Shown one piece after another: positions 14,164 to 15,589 of a stretch of 15,589 nt of DNA. Origin of the DNA: a virus; the UHGV virus genome UHGV-0166683. One strand, written 5' to 3'. The number at the start of each line of letters is the position of its first letter. The stretch's first letter is position 1. Below the pieces are notes generated by a model that saw only the letters and a list, made by a program, of their open reading frames with translations, ran no database searches and was not told the DNA's origin. The position numbers and the translations under genes were made by a program.

Positions 14164-15510
14164 TCATAAACTGTTCCCCTGCAATCTTTGGAGAACTTCA
14201 TCCCGGAGATCATCGATCCCGTCAGAAACCTGAGCTAACCAAACTTGACTTAATGAGCCAATATCAGCCTTACTTAGGGCTACTAACATATTGATATCTT
14301 CAGAAGATGTAACTATATCGAACAACTGATTTTTATTCCTCCCTTTAGCTACTATTTCCCCCAATAAATCATCATACGTAACTAACATCATTATTTTTCT
14401 AACTAGATCGGTTTGTATGACTGGCAGATCTTCTGTCAAAATTCGTTGTAGCATCGCAAGTGACTTCCTAGGATGCTCTCCATCTGCCTCATGCATGTAA
14501 TTATTATTCCAACGTGTTTTAGGCCCTTTGCCTATATCATGCAAATAAGCGGCCAACTCCAAAACTTCCTGATGAATAGAGTCTAATTGATAAAACTCTG
14601 GTGAATTAACTACAAGACTAGCCACTCGTCGACTATGAGAGCCAACATCTTCATTATGAGGCCCGTAGCTCGTCCCCAATCCATCGATATCTTCAAGCTC
14701 TTGGATGGAGGAGAAATTACCACGAATTGCACTTAGAGCATCACTAATACTTTGAAATTTTGGCCTCGTTTCTCGTTGAAATGAAGTTACATATTCAATA
14801 GCTTCATCAAAAAGCATTTTTAACACTACCGGTCCCGTGACTAAGGATGAGGACCAGTTTCCAGGTTGATAATAATAATGTTGAAAATCACCCTCAACAA
14901 TATTTGGTGGAACAATACCTTTGTTCTGGAAAATACTCCTCACAATATCAGACATAGAACGATTCCATGTAATTATCTGATTTATTTCGCTTAAAGAGAC
15001 ATGATCTGGCAGCAAAAGTTCTGCCATCTTTTTATGCCTCTGAGTCTCGTCAGCATAACCCCATGCATTATTATCTATGGTAGCCCAATCTAATACATCA
15101 AGCTGGTCAGCTTGAGTATTACCAGAATAAAAGTTCGGTGGATTAACTGTATTTGCGGAAGCATCTGTAAAATATGACCCATTCCTTGTTTCGAGTGATA
15201 ATATAGAAACTGAAAGATAGATAATAAATTGCTGATCTACATTTTTTTTATGAAGAACAGACAATTGCATGGGCGTTTTTTTTGCAAAATAAAAAGGAAC
15301 ATAATCATGAACACAACGACCATTCGTATTAGGCACCTGCATCACTGCCCTACGCCCCTGTATTCCTTCATCAGCAACATTCACATGTGATATACGACGT
15401 GCAATTTTCTGATTAGTCGAAAACAGCCCAGTTTCAATTATTGATTCAAGATTATCTACTGACGTAAAGTGATATGCATTTCGGTGTCTATGGTGAACAG
15501 GAACTGTCAT
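14164..15510 (-). CDS. darT: DarT-like (DUF4433) DNA ADP-ribosyltransferase domain fused to a C-terminal HD phosphohydrolase domain, 448 aa
   Basis: DarT motifs occur in the canonical order: AYHFTSVDNLESIIETGL, RCVHDYVPFYFAKKTPM, SYFTDASAN, LDVLDWATI and KKMAELLL (E164 at the catalytic Glu position). HD motifs are HSRRVA (H292), AAYLHDIGK (H324 D325), EHPRKS (H346) and TYDDLLG. Confidence 0.85.
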   Translation of the reverse strand: MTVPVHHRHRNAYHFTSVDNLESIIETGLFSTNQKIARRISHVNVADEGIQGRRAVMQVPNTNGRCVHDYVPFYFAKKTPMQLSVLHKKNVDQQFIIYLSVSILSLETRNGSYFTDASANTVNPPNFYSGNTQADQLDVLDWATIDNNAWGYADETQRHKKMAELLLPDHVSLSEINQIITWNRSMSDIVRSIFQNKGIVPPNIVEGDFQHYYYQPGNWSSSLVTGPVVLKMLFDEAIEYVTSFQRETRPKFQSISDALSAIRGNFSSIQELEDIDGLGTSYGPHNEDVGSHSRRVASLVVNSPEFYQLDSIHQEVLELAAYLHDIGKGPKTRWNNNYMHEADGEHPRKSLAMLQRILTEDLPVIQTDLVRKIMMLVTYDDLLGEIVAKGRNKNQLFDIVTSSEDINMLVALSKADIGSLSQVWLAQVSDGIDDLRDEVLQRLQGNSL

Positions 15511-15513
15511 GTA

Positions 15514-15589
15514 CTGATGAATCCCCTAATGATTTTGGTAAAAATCATTAAGTTAAGGTGGATACACATCTTGTCATATGATCAAATGG
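15514..15589 (+). mobile_element. IS10: IS10 (Tn10-type) outside end, truncated by the window edge
   Basis: CTGATGAATCCCCTAATGATTTTGGTAAAAATCATTAAGTTAAGGTGGATACACATCTTGTCATATGATCAAATGG is the well-known IS10 outside terminus. The transposase ATG would lie about 30 nt beyond the window. Confidence 0.9.

Overview
The window holds the early, immunity and integration half of a lambdoid enterobacterial prophage (about 875-12130, roughly 50% GC by eye). Very AT-rich accessory DNA flanks it on both sides.

Prophage, minus strand, read from high to low coordinate: cro-like, CII-like, a small-ORF region with a hidden overlapping gene, an O-like replication initiator with internal ori iterons, a PerC-like regulator, a phage Dam methylase, a LexA-DNA-binding-domain-only protein, RusA, a KilA-N protein, a DUF968 protein and antiterminator Q. 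Several of these are coupled by ATGA start/stop overlaps.

Prophage, plus strand: an S24-type CI repressor diverges from cro across an operator region with a TGTACC-N5-GGTACA consensus. It is followed by a terminator, a pL-like promoter, two small convergent unknown genes, yfdP/yfdQ/yfdR homologues (K-12 CPS-53 genes), xis and a lambda-family int.

Beyond int (12130-15513) lies the most interesting content: a two-gene DarTG-like module on the minus strand with unusual fusions. The upstream gene joins a DarT ADP-ribosyltransferase domain to a C-terminal HD phosphohydrolase domain. The downstream gene joins a DarG-type macrodomain to a C-terminal DprA-like Rossmann domain. The two genes are separated by about 700 bp of AT-rich non-coding DNA.

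An IS10 outside end begins 3 bp upstream of the DarT-HD start codon and runs off the window. At the left edge, an AT-rich ORF for a membrane protein converges on and overlaps the 3' end of Q. No tRNA, rRNA or CRISPR array was seen. All family assignments come from motif recognition by eye and need HMM or structure confirmation.
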